Under the pieces are notes generated by a model. The model did no database searches, was not told the DNA's origin, and saw only the letters and a list, made by a program, of their open reading frames with translations. From Basidiobolus meristosporus CBS 931.73 (Eukaryota > Fungi > Basidiobolomycota), in assembly GCA_002104905.1 (NCBI GenBank), contig MCFE01000295.1:1-64000 (forward strand): a stretch of 64,000 nucleotides of DNA, written 5' to 3'. Of this stretch, positions 9,291-20,713 are shown piece after piece; positions within the stretch are counted from its first letter, which is position 1; every line of letters begins with the position of its first letter. Position numbers and translations under genes: made by a program.

Positions 9291-10415
9291 ATGAAAACCT
9301 CTGCTCGCCGTTGGCGTTCGTCTTCCGTCGACCCGATAAATTCTTTGGATAGATTTCACTCCAAAGTAAGTACTCGGTCCTTGAGGGATGGTGGTCGGGA
9401 GTTTGGCGAGTTCCCACTGAAAAGGAGGCAGCCGGAGTACTCAACCAAGAACGTGGCACACTGCGTTTCCATTTTCGCCGTGCTGTTTTCTTTATATGTA
9501 CCGAGCTTGGTTGAGAATGCGTCAGGTATGTTGGCTCTTCTGGAGTTGCCTCACTAGCCAAACTAACTGGGCTCTCAGAGGTCTTCTGGAGTATACGGCA
9601 GCGAGTTTCCAAGAACGGCCTGGTATTCCTTGGGCTTCTGACAGCCACGATGAGTGTGCTGTTTTTCAAGTTTGTTTTTTTCTGCGCCTCCTTCGTATTT
9701 TGCTGTAAGTGTATGAACTTGGCAGTAGAGACCTCAAGGGGTACAGGCTAAACTCGCTTTTCTGTTATGAATCTAAGCTATCCTGATTTACGGTCTTGCT
9801 CAGCATGTGCTGCCCGCTAACACTCGGGTACTCGTATCCCACCCGCTTCTTGTGTGCATTTCCGGCTTGTTCGCCAGTTATGTGGTGCTTCGTTTCTGGT
9901 GGCAGTTGCTTGCCGCTTTTGGGGCACTTATTGGCACTCTAGCTGGTATGGCCACGACTCTTGCGAGCAAACGATTGGTCAGGAAAGGACGCAGACTTCG
10001 ACTGGTCATCATACTGCTCTCTGGTTGCGCTGGGGTTGGCTTCGTCTATTTTCTAGACAACATTCGGGGGATGCTGGCTCTAGCGACATACAGTGCTGAA
10101 CGGCAGTTCACCAGTATCTTGGAGTTTTCGATCATGCTCGCGTTTGGTACGATGAAAGTGGTGGGCAATGCGATACTTGTAACCTTCGGTCACGTGGTAC
10201 AGGGAATGGCCGCATTGATCACCCATCTAATTAGGGCCCTCTTTCATTCTGCTCTAGGCGCTTGTGCCATGGTACTTCGCTACATCGTTGGAAGCGGCCG
10301 ATTCATCTATTATTTGGCCTCACAGATACTCACACTCAGCAATTGTCTGATCGAAAGATTGGCCGTAGTTACACTCCACCTGGTTGTTATCTACCAGACT
10401 GTGCTCACCGATTAA
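9291..10415 (+). CDS. Uncharacterised multi-pass membrane protein, 310 aa, 4 exons (introns 9366-9431, 9526-9578, 9705-9777)
   Basis: Three canonical GTAAGT/GTATGT...AG introns join into a 933-nt open frame with several hydrophobic segments. No family recognised. Confidence 0.65.
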
Positions 10416-10650
10416 CCATCCTCCCTGCCCATTCCCGTACTTACCGGTTAACCGACCAACCCACCTACTTCTGTACAGTAACCCCACTTCCGGCAAGTCG
10501 GGATGATAAATAAATGATCCACAATGATTGGATTATTCAAGATTTATAGAACAAAACCAGTTGGGGAATGGATACATCGTCTAATCTAAACTGAAGTAAA
10601 TGTCCATGGAGGGCGGGGAGGGGCGATGGTATACTGATGGGCTGGAAGCT

Positions 10651-11370
10651 TTACATCAATGCATATGCAAAGGCCATGCTTACCAACCCCAGGAGGGTGA
10701 TGGCAGTATGCTGAGAAGCATCACTTGGCTTACTGATAGAAGGAGAGATGTTGGCAGGCTTGGTCGAGGTAGGGGCTTGGTTTGTGGACCGAACAGAGGA
10801 AGCCATGGAGGCAGTGCCAGATGAGGTGACTGATCCGCTGGAGGTCGGCTTGCTGGTTGCTGATGTGCTATTAGTCGCCGAAGCGGATGGAGACTTTGTG
10901 TCTTTGCTGGCAGTACCACTAGCGCTTGGCGACTGTTTGGATGAGGCAGCATCACCACTACCAGCCGACAGTTCGAAGTATGGACTGTATGATACCTGAC
11001 TACCTGCGCTAGCCCGGATCGCATAATCCTTACCTGGGGTCAGGGTTGCGGGGATTTTCCATTCGTATTGGCCTTTGCTTGAATCCACTCCTTTGGCAAT
11101 TTCAATGACCGGCTGGAGCGCGGTGGCAGGGCCACTCATCAAGTACAAGTCAAAAGTAGCAGCCATTTTCGGTTCAACACCATTATCGATCCTTGATGGA
11201 AACGGTAAGCTCAATGGTGCAATCAAGTGAAGTAATCAGATAACCTACCAGGTAATGATCTGGGTGGTGGACTCCTGCCATGTGGCCATAAGTGGGGAGG
11301 TGATGGATACCTCACTCTTTACCACAGTGGCGAGCACGAGAGCGGCAGCGGCGAAAGATCTTAGAAACAT
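10651..11370 (-). CDS. Ser/Thr-rich GPI-anchored cell-wall protein with a Kre9/Knh1-like N-terminal domain, 220 aa (intron 11192-11248)
   Basis: Signal peptide MFLRSFAAAALVLA, then IITW-IDNG...FDLYLMSG...YEWKIPATL..GKDYAI...SYSPYF domain, S/T-rich stalk and hydrophobic tail. Confidence 0.88.
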
Positions 11371-12232
11371 TGTGTGAATAGACTGTCTAGAGGTATAGAA
11401 GATGATGTGCTACTAGCTACGGGCATATGGAGCTTTTATAACTCAGGTACAATGGGCCATTATCCTGCACTCCTGGACCAGTATCATTCTGATTGGGTTT
11501 ATTTCCGAGTTCCCTCTTGTCCTTCGGATGCAAGCAGTGGTAGCCACCGCAGGGAAACAATAATAATGAGGTTTTGGGTGGTAATTATGTTGGGGAGGCC
11601 AGGGAGAGTGGCTGTTGAAATAGAGTTCGCGTCTAACCTACCAGCTGGCCCTAATGCACTCCTCTAATTCGGCAATGGATTGTTTCGGGGACTGCTTCAT
11701 TCGCTCCTAATCGCGGTGTACCCAGGCCAGGAATTATGTCTGAATAACCAGCATTCTTATTAGGGAGAAGAAGGGAAGGATGTCTGGATAGCTAGCATTC
11801 TTTTTAGGGAAAGAGCATGGAAAATCCGATCTACCTCTCACCCAAACGTCCTTGACCTTCCACTTCAACCCCAGGGAAGGTGCCAATAGCGCAAGAAAAT
11901 GCGACCCAATAATATCGCTCAATCCGATACAAGCCACCGTTTCATCAAGAAAGCTTAACTAGGGCCGAATGATCATATGTGAGGTTTCATGGTCCGTCTA
12001 GCAGATTTGATCATATGTGAGGTTTCATGAGCCAAGTAGCAGAATTTCCGTAGTAAACAAATCAACCACGAAGAACTGCGGTTGCCTGAACTCTGATATA
12101 TGAAGTATTGAGTAGTGAAGGTAATACAGTAGGAAGCGGAAAGAGGAGCTCAGGTAGTTGTTGAGACATTCGTCACCTCTCAGGCTATGACTAGTATAAA
12201 AGTCCAAAAAACTCACTGAGGTGCTGCCCAGG

Positions 12233-12571
12233 ATGTTTGAGTGGATCGCAAGTCTCTTCAATCCCGCGAAGTGTCCTACGGAAGGCCCCATTGACGAGGA
12301 CTGGATTCATCTGAACTGGGATGATTGTGGTCCTGACCTCAAGCCAACGAGGAAGCCCTTCACAAAGGCAGATTATGAGGTTGTCGAGAAGCTTTATTAC
12401 CACTTCCGGACCAGACACCACGACATCACCAGGGAATATCTGCCCAAACTTCGCGACCGCGAGCTGAAAATGATCAAGGCCAATAGACTGTGTAGGCATT
12501 CCAGTCGATTCCCCAGTGCCTTCCGAAATCCAAGTATTCAATCATGGCAGACCAACCTCTCTACCATCTAA
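12233..12571 (+). CDS. Hypothetical 112-aa protein
   Basis: Open frame from ATG 12233 in CpG-rich gene space with protein-like composition. No recognisable domain. Confidence 0.3.
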   Translation: MFEWIASLFNPAKCPTEGPIDEDWIHLNWDDCGPDLKPTRKPFTKADYEVVEKLYYHFRTRHHDITREYLPKLRDRELKMIKANRLCRHSSRFPSAFRNPSIQSWQTNLSTI

Positions 12572-13160
12572 GCATTGGCGACCATGAATAAAGACATTCT
12601 TTTCTTGCTGATTTGCTGCCACATACAGTGTCGTTGTGGAGATGTGGGATTTCCCAGGTGCGTTCCGATTCATTCGTACCAGTTTCAACCGTTTTCGTCA
12701 AAGGTGAGAATGGCCACACTGTCTGTTTCCAAGGGATTCTTCGTTGCATATCCAATCGGTTCAGTGTACCTGGTTGGTGGGTTGTTCGGGTCGAAAATTC
12801 TGGATTGGTTGGCAACTCCCAGGATAATCGTCCTGTTGGTCATATTAGGAAAACCATCTTCTCACACATACTTGCAAGCCAATACAGCCAGCCAATTCCG
12901 CATGAAATAACGGTGACTGCCCCACATCACGTGAGAGGATAAAAATGGGACTTTACGGATGAAAACATCCACACCACATCCACAGTTGTCTTGACGTCTA
13001 GACCAAAAGGATCAGTAGGAGTAGGAATGTTAACGTACTCACGGACAGGGTTTCCGAAACCAATCTTCTTTTGGAAAGAAAACCTGTACTCTTCAATGCC
13101 TTCCACCGATATATAAAGCCATGGCTCACTCCTAACCTATCCCTTGTCCGATTTCCACAC

Positions 13161-14102
13161 ATGTCAAACACCATTGAAATACTCCTCGATAATCCATATC
13201 TGGCTCTATACGGCTTGTCATCAGTCTCTGCAGGGAAGGCGCTCAGAGGCACGGTAATCATGCGTCTAAACCGGGTGACAAGAGTCAAATCGTTGGTGTT
13301 GAACTTCCTGGGGGAGATGGATGTTCATTGGATTTACAGTTCGGCATTGCTGAACACCAAGTGTCGGTTCAGAAATTTGTTGGTTGACCGTACCCTTAGT
13401 CTCTTGGAACCTGGCCCTGACTATCATACCCTACCCGCTGGTAACCATAGATTCCCGTTCGAGCTCGCGCTGCCTGGAGACATGACTGAGACGATCAGCA
13501 CCAAGGTGGTTCGCTGTAAGTACCTCCTCACCGCAGTGGCTGAACAACCGCGGTTTTGGAATAGACTCGAGACCAGGCAGGAGGTGATAATAAAGCGGTT
13601 TTATCCTCACGACGATGATCCTATCGTGTTATCCGAGGTGATCCCGGATTTCATGGAGATCACCGTCTTCGTAAATCAGAAGGTGTATGGTCTGGGTGAT
13701 ATCATCCCTGTATGCATTCAATGTAATCCTGCCGCCGATCACGTGATGACGCGGATCAGCTCCTCCATCAAAGAGGTCGTCACCTACCGAAAGCCGAAGA
13801 GTACCAAGGTGAACACGCAAAACCGGTGGTCCCCAGCGGTGTTTGAGGAAAAGTTCGAGCCGACCCCCGCTGAGAAAACCCTGTACATCCCGATCCATTC
13901 CACCCGACTAAATTCGGACTGCTTGACAGAGGTGATGGATACCAAGCACGAGATCGTAATCAAGATAGAGGCGAAACTAACGAAGGGCCAAACCACCCAC
14001 ACAGCAAATCACGTCTTAAAAATCCCTGTACTGATACTTTCGGACGCCTATAAGAAGGTTTATGAGGAATTACCGGCATATAATCCGGTCTGCGGTTGTT
14101 GA
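13161..14102 (+). CDS. Alpha-arrestin 3, 313 aa, intronless
   Basis: IEILLDN...LRGTVIMRL...VKSLVLNFLG, LPAGNHRFPFELALPGDMTET and C-terminal LPAY motifs. Confidence 0.9.
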   Translation: MSNTIEILLDNPYLALYGLSSVSAGKALRGTVIMRLNRVTRVKSLVLNFLGEMDVHWIYSSALLNTKCRFRNLLVDRTLSLLEPGPDYHTLPAGNHRFPFELALPGDMTETISTKVVRCKYLLTAVAEQPRFWNRLETRQEVIIKRFYPHDDDPIVLSEVIPDFMEITVFVNQKVYGLGDIIPVCIQCNPAADHVMTRISSSIKEVVTYRKPKSTKVNTQNRWSPAVFEEKFEPTPAEKTLYIPIHSTRLNSDCLTEVMDTKHEIVIKIEAKLTKGQTTHTANHVLKIPVLILSDAYKKVYEELPAYNPVCGC

Positions 14103-14270
14103 TCACGTTATCTTGTAAATAGATAATCTAATGCGTGTGGTTTACATCCGTAAGAATACACAGCCTAATATACCAGTCCCAATGACAACTTGTTCGTAAT
14201 GGAGCTAATCTTGCTAACCAGGCGCGTTTAATCTTTCACAATCAAAGTTTCCCCAGGTTGGTTGATGTGT

Positions 14271-16023
14271 CTACAGCTTGGCCTTATCCGACAAGCCCAA
14301 CAGATGACGACGAGTATACGAATTCAAAAACAGTCCGGTTGGGTCCAGATTGGCACGGAGCTGACAGAACTCGTTGAATTTGGGGTAAATCTTGGAGAGA
14401 TCGGATGGAGTCAATGGATGGGCCTGGATCAAGAAATGCTCGTTAGTTAAGTCGCATCTCGCCGTTACTTCACAGACCGCTACCTTGGCCCAGTGGGGGC
14501 GCCCGCGATACGATTTCATGATCTTTTCGTAGCCAGCCCAGTATTTCTTGTAAGAGACCGGATTTCCGTAAGGTCTAAGGAATGCTGGTAAGTACGAAGC
14601 GTGCATTCCACCAGGCAGCCGCTCATCTCCTTACCTGTACATGATGATGCCGATGTACACCACGTTGGTCTCATAGGCTGGACTAAGCCAGACCTTATCT
14701 TCTTTCACGAACCGGATCTCAATCGAGAAATGGACCTTGAGATTCGCCTCTTCAATGAACTTGCGCAAATCCCGAATAGCGTCAGCCGTGTGCTCCCACG
14801 GGATGGCCCATTCATTGACGTATTGTGGAAAGAGGCAGTCGAAATTAAACACCTTGTCACTTCTATCCTTGACCACTTGCTTCTCGGCAAAGAGCCAGTG
14901 GACGTATTTTTGGTTGATGTAAGGGATGATGGAGGGAACGTACCTACCCACGTTCAGGAGGTACTGGTAAAGGTGGACTCGGATGAATTGGTCCTTAAAC
15001 CAACCGGGGTACGGTGCTGGTTCAGGCTAGGAAGGTTGGCGAGGGGTTAGGATACAAGTGGGGGACGCATCTCGATGCCAACTAAGTCAAACCTTATCCT
15101 CGGTTCTATTCGCCTTCCAGACGACGACATCCTCGGTGTGAGGAATCCACCAAAAGCGTACGTGCTCCGCAGTTCGGATCAGTTCATTGAAATCCTCATG
15201 ACATCGTCGTACTTGAGGACTTCCTGTTGGGAATGCAGGGTAAAGGCTGGTTCGCACTGGATGGTCAATTCCAAGATGATCCCAAGGCAGCCCAAGCTAC
15301 ACAATGCGGCGTGGAAAAGATCCACGTTGTGAGACTCGGAGCACTGGATCCTGCGGCAATCCGCGGTAAGCAGGGTCAGCTCGGTTACCTGATTCGTCGG
15401 GTGGAGTGAGGTTAGCTTATCAGCGTATCTTCAGGCCGGCTGGCTCACTTACTTGCGTAGAGATGCACCCATATTCCACGCCAGTGCCGTGGGTGGCCGT
15501 GCTAATAACCCCCGCTATGCTTTGATCTGAGATGGAGCCTAGGTTGGACATGGCCAGGCCAACCTTGTCAAGTTCCTCGTGGAGTTGAAACAAGCGGATC
15601 CCCGCTTGGACAGTGAACTCTGTGGCTCTGATGGTCAACCTGAAATGGAAAGGTTGGTGACGTTGAATGATGCTCAATGGAAGGTCGAGAGGTGGTACCT
15701 TGAGGACTTTGTTGAGCTTGTCCAGGTTCAGGAGGTATCCGTCAGTAAGAGCTAAATCCGAGGGGGAATGTGCGGCGCCCACTACTCGGATGGTCTTGCC
15801 GTTTGCTTTGGCCAATTGAATGATCTAGTGGGCAGGGGGAAGTTCAGTTGCGTTCCTGGAAGGCCTTCGGCTCCAAACTCGATGGATAAATAAGGAAAGC
15901 TCGTCTCACCTGAACAATCTCGTCCTCGGTTTCGGGTTGGAAATACAACTCCGGGGTACATGTGTACGTTTTTGCCCAGTTGGTGTAGGTTACCTTTGGT
16001 TGTCCTTTCTTGGCGATATCCAT
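14271..16023 (-). CDS. ALO1: D-arabinono-1,4-lactone oxidase / L-gulonolactone oxidase-like FAD enzyme, 7 exons, two apparent 1-nt frameshifts
   Basis: NWAKTY, VVGAAHSPSD (His for covalent FAD), SIAGVISTATHGTG, VRFWWIPHT, EWAIP, IEIRFV and GRPHWAK motifs. Introns at 15825-15909, 15640-15698, 15389-15452, 15027-15092, 14575-14635, 14424-14483. Frame breaks at 15616-15617 (+1) and 15194-15195 (-1). Confidence 0.9.
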
Positions 16024-16151
16024 CGAAGGCTCTGTGGAGGTTGAAGTGGTTTGAGGTGGAGTGAAGAGATGAAATTTTAAGAGATGGGCCTATTGCCAAG
16101 GTTAATCCCGATATGGAAATGGGCGATTTGTGGCTGCAGGCACTCTGTGTT

Positions 16152-16272
16152 GAATCCAGCACAATTTACTTATGAATCATTTCGCTAGCAATGGAATCCA
16201 GCACAATTTACTCATGAATCATTTCGCTAGTAATGAAATCCAGCACAATTTACTTAGGGATCATTCCGCAAG
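16152..16272. repeat. 42-bp tandem repeat, about 2.9 copies
   Basis: gaatccagcacaatttacttatgaatcatttcgctagcaatg repeated at 16152, 16194 and, diverged, 16236. Confidence 0.9.
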
Positions 16273-16381
16273 ATCGGTGGAGTATACATGCACAAGTAGT
16301 AGGAATTAGGTCAATGTACGAGGGGCAATGGTGGATGGGTAGCTTGGTATATCGGAGTTATTATTGAGAGATTAGTAGGTT

Positions 16382-17510
16382 TCATGATGGTGTAGGTGGT
16401 AGTGAGTGGCTGAGGATCCCTTCGTATGTCGGGGCATAGGCGTTGAAGAGAGTGTCGTAGGAGGGAGGTAGCGAGGCCAGAGAGATGCGTCTTTCGATTG
16501 CTCGATAGGGAGGCAGGTCCAAAAAGATCTCCTGGCTAGAGCCCGAAACAATCACCACTGGGATACCGACGTAGACTGCTTTGACCACTCCGGGGGAGAG
16601 ACGAAACTCGATTTTCACCTTGAGTTTATGTCGGACATGTATCAGCTCTGTCATGCAGTCGCATTGGACGGCCTCGCTGGGTGACGGGATCTCAAGGGTT
16701 AGCTGGTTCTCCCAATTGCTCTGCGTTTTGGTGAAGTCCGTGGTGGAGAGTCTGGTTATCCATCGTGTCTGCAGCTTGCAACGGCCGCCACCCGCCACCC
16801 TATACGTGATATATTCTTTCAGCAGGCAGGATACTTTTCGCAAACTCAGGTCTTCCGACATCAACAAGATGTTGAACCGAATCGGGAGATTTTCCCCTGG
16901 GCCAAAGGCCTTGGATGGTATATGAACATCATACGCCAGTTTATCATTCCAGACCTCAGCGATGCTCACAGATTGAATAAGCTCCGTCGACGAAGACAAT
17001 GCGAACCGTTTGATGACCACCTCTTTCTCCACTATATAATTGGTGCAAAATGTGGGCCGTTCAATGGTTGCTCGCAGTTTGTATTTAACTGTGCCATACT
17101 CAGTATGGACTGTCTCCGGGAGGTTTCCGCTGAGTGCTATCTCGAATGGGTAGGTATGCTCCCCCTTCCCCAAGACTATTGGCTTCTTACTCGCCTCGAC
17201 GAAAGTCCATTGGTTCGACACCAGGGTGCGAGTCTCGTTCTTTGGGTTGCTCTTTACTCCAGGTACTAAAAAGGTGGCAAGCATTAGCCAGGAAGATTGG
17301 GGTGGCGTAAAACAAAGACAAGCTACCGTCATCCCAGCAAACCTTCATCTTCCCTTCCAAACGGAGGGACACGATTTTAACCTTGAGCGCCTCTGGGAGG
17401 AGGATCTTCAGGTCACCACGCAACACGGCGCCTGCTGACTCGTGTGCCGGTCCGTTAAATATCAGACATTCACTGGTAGGCCGGATTTCAATGTTCGGCG
17501 TTCGACTCAT
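16382..17510 (-). CDS. Alpha-arrestin 4, 355 aa, 2 exons (intron 17266-17326)
   Basis: IEIRP...LRGDLKI...VKIVSLRLEG, GEHTYPFEIALSGNLPETV...VKYKLRATIERP and C-terminal LPPY/PPSY motifs. Confidence 0.92.
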
Positions 17511-18048
17511 GGTTAAAAGTTAGGTGTGCACAAGAGGGTATAACTTGCAAAAGGCCGAAGGTAAGCCTGGACTGGAATATAAATATTACCCAGTGCCAAT
17601 ACAGATTAATGAAAGCCTCGCAGGCTATATCAATTTAATACTACTGTGGCAAATCAAATGAAATGAAAGTGACCAGATCACTGACACAACAGATATAAAT
17701 GCCCATCTTGCCAAGCAGGAGCACATCGGATGAATGAGACCCCTACAGATTGTGAATGGATTGTCTTCACGGAATTATAGTTGATATTCCCACCAGCATA
17801 TCCTCGCACTTATCCTCGCACTTCTCAAACCCATTAGCTTAGAAACCAGTGGTTAGAAACCTCATCTTAAACACTTTAAACACTGCATCATGCAACTCAA
17901 CTCTCCATTCTGATCACGCACTAGACCACTGCACCAATACTTGGCTCCAATCCAAATAAGACTTGTCGGCACATACATATATTATCGCCATCAATCATTT
18001 ATCACCCACTGATTCATTGCTATTGTCTCCCCAATCGTTCACTCATTG

Positions 18049-18968
18049 ATGCATCTTTCCATCCAAGGTATTCTTCTCACTGCGACCATCGTTCAGGGCG
18101 CCTATGGCCGCGTGTCACGGCAATCTCCCTTTCACGTCGAGACATTCAGCCCCCCAGCGATCCCTGTTGACCTTTACGTTATGTCGAAATGCCCAGGTAA
18201 AGGGGATGTTTCCTGAGTGCGAGGGAACCGAGATTAACCTGGTTGCAATAGACACCATCCATTGTGAAGAGGTTTTCGGCGGGATTCTAGATAAGATCGG
18301 GAGCATTGTGAATCTAAACGTATACTACATTGGGAGAGAAGTGAATGGAAGCCTTATGTGCAAACATGGTGAGGATGAGGTAAGTCACACATATGGATCA
18401 TGGCTGTTCCCGCATCTGACAGCTCCCAGTGCCGTGCCAACAAGATGCAGCTCTGTGCCAAGGCACTGTACCGTTGGCACGAAATCCCCACAGCATGGTT
18501 CAGGCTCATCCAGTGCCAAAACAAGGACTACGAGGCCATCGGGGCGGATGATAGCCTGGAGTACTGCTCCCTAAGAGAGGACATGTCTTTCCACAAACTC
18601 AAAGAATGCGCCGATGGCCCGTATGGCTCGAGTTTGCTCAGCCAGTCGTTCGTAGAGACCAGGGAGAAAGGGATAAGGTAGGTCTTCATTCCCGCTCCCA
18701 TTGACCAGCCACTCGACAATCGCTCAACAGCTCTTTCCTCAGCACCTCCTGCACGATGGTGATCAATCAAAAAGTCCGCTGTGTTCGGGATTCTACTTGG
18801 AAGGAATGTGCTGGAGGACACTCGGTCGACGATTTTGTTCGTGATATCTGTGATGTTTATAAAAGTATTTCCCCAACGTCGGCCCTTCCGGAGGGATGTC
18901 CGACTCCACCAGAGGATCACCAATCGATGCGATTCCCTAAACTACTTGTTGATTCCACTTCAAAATAA
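18049..18968 (+). CDS. GILT-like (gamma-interferon-inducible lysosomal thiol reductase family) secreted protein, 249 aa, 4 exons (introns 18197-18251, 18380-18429, 18678-18742)
   Basis: Signal peptide, then IPVDLYVMSKCPDT active-site region, CKHGEDECRANKMQLC signature and SCTMVIN. Splicing gives a 750-nt frame. Confidence 0.88.
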
Positions 18969-19199
18969 AGACATGCTAGTGGCGAGTGATGTCTTTCATG
19001 TTGCAAAAGTATTCAAAGTTGTCACGGATCCAGAGGAATTTCAATAACCAGCCAGCCTATAAGATTCAATTACGATGCGATGACGCCATACTGATTTGGA
19101 GGTGTTTGCCAAGCCTCCGCCAAAATTCATCTATCAAACTCCGATGCGTGGTGGTCATTTGATCCATTCCAGGTTTGTTGCTTGTCAACCCAGAACACC

Positions 19200-20625
19200 A
19201 TGGCTACCAACGGAAAAGTCATTGCAGGTTACTTTTGTGCCTGGGGGATCTACGACCGAAACTACAACGTGTCCGACATCGACGCACAGAAGATCACCCA
19301 TATCCTCTACGCTTTCGCCAACGTCAATCCGGACGGTGAGGTGTTTCTAACCGACAAATGGGCCGACATTGAGAAACATTACGAGGACGATTCCTGGAAC
19401 GATCCAGGGACAAATCTCTACGGAAACTTCAAACGACTGGCGCTCCTGAAGAAACAGAACCGGCACGTAAAGGTGTCTTTGAGGTAAGGCCCGTGGTGGA
19501 CTTTTATCTATCTACCTGGTGGTAACCGTGTCCCATACAAAAAGTATCGGCGGCTGGACCTTCTCAGCGAACTTCTCAGCAGTTGCTGCTGATCCTAGCA
19601 AACGGCAACGATTCGTTGGCACTGCCATGGACCTGCTAAACAACCTCGGTTTGGATGGATTGGATATCGATTGGGTCAGTTTTGTTGGAGAGTGCGCATC
19701 CGGCCATCATCCTAACGGTCGCTTTAAACCCACAGGAATACCCCAAGGACCATGCGGATGCTCAAAACTACGTCGCACTACTACACGACCTGCGATGTGC
19801 CCTGGACCAGTATGCTGCAAGTAAAGGGGAGACTGATCGTCGTTATTTACTGACGACGGCCATGCCCTGCGGCGAGTCTCAGTACTCGTTCCTGAAGCTC
19901 GCGGAAATGAACCAATACTTGGACTTGTTTTATTTGATGGCTTACGATTTCAACGGTACCTTTCCCATGCATCCTCTCCCCTCGCTCCCCCCCCCGCTTT
20001 TTCTAAACCTCGCTTGACCCTGTCTAGGCTCCTGGTCTAGCACCGCGGGCCATCAAGGTATGCACAGCATTTGATTTTCTCGAATCAGGTCCACGCAACT
20101 CAACCGCTCACCCTCGTAGCAAATCTGTACGGCTCTCACATGAGCGTGGATAAAGCCGTGAACTTCTACATCTCTGCTGGCGTGCCGCCCTGCAAACTCG
20201 TGGTGGGGGTTCCCATGTATGGCCGTACATTCCAGAACACAGATGGCCTTCATTGCCCTTACCAAGGGGTCGGCCAAGGGTCTTGGGAGGCGGGTGTCTA
20301 CGATTATAAGGTGTTGCCCATCCAGGGTGCCCAGGAATACTTTGACGACCAGGCTCTGGCAATTTACTCCCTGGACCAGCAAAAACGGGAGCTGGTCACC
20401 TACGACAACCCATATATGGTGATGCGAAAGTGCCAATACGTCAACGAGAAGAATCTGGCCGGGGTGATGTTTTGGGAGCTGAGTGCCGACCATCCCACCA
20501 GCGAGCCAAGAAGCCTCCTCAAGTCGGCCTTCGAATGCCTCGGGGGCAGTCCATGCATAGATCGTACCGAAAACCACTGCCACTTTCCCAACAGCTGCTA
20601 CGACAATGTTAGAAACGGCGTCTAA
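19200..20625 (+). CDS. GH18 chitinase, fungal class V/subgroup A type, no signal peptide, 389 aa, 5 exons
   Basis: GYFxxWGIYDRN, THILYAFAN, SIGGWT, intact DGLDIDWEY catalytic motif, MAYDF and GVMFWELS. Introns 19484-19544, 19675-19735, 19956-20027, 20058-20119. Confidence 0.95.
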
Positions 20626-20713
20626 ACCGAATTTTGTTTCATTCCCCAGCCTATGTCATTCTTCCAAAATAAACGCATCTTTATTTACATTTGGGGGTAA
20701 AGGCCGGTATACA

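Noticed and set aside
13071-13160. N-terminal extension of arrestin 3 in the ORF track
   Set aside because: It starts at TTG. Homology to the other arrestins begins at ATG 13161. The same applies to the 7926 and 5357 alternative starts.
19200-20625. Chitinase lacking a signal peptide as a novelty
   Set aside because: Signal-less subgroup-A GH18 chitinases are well known in fungi.
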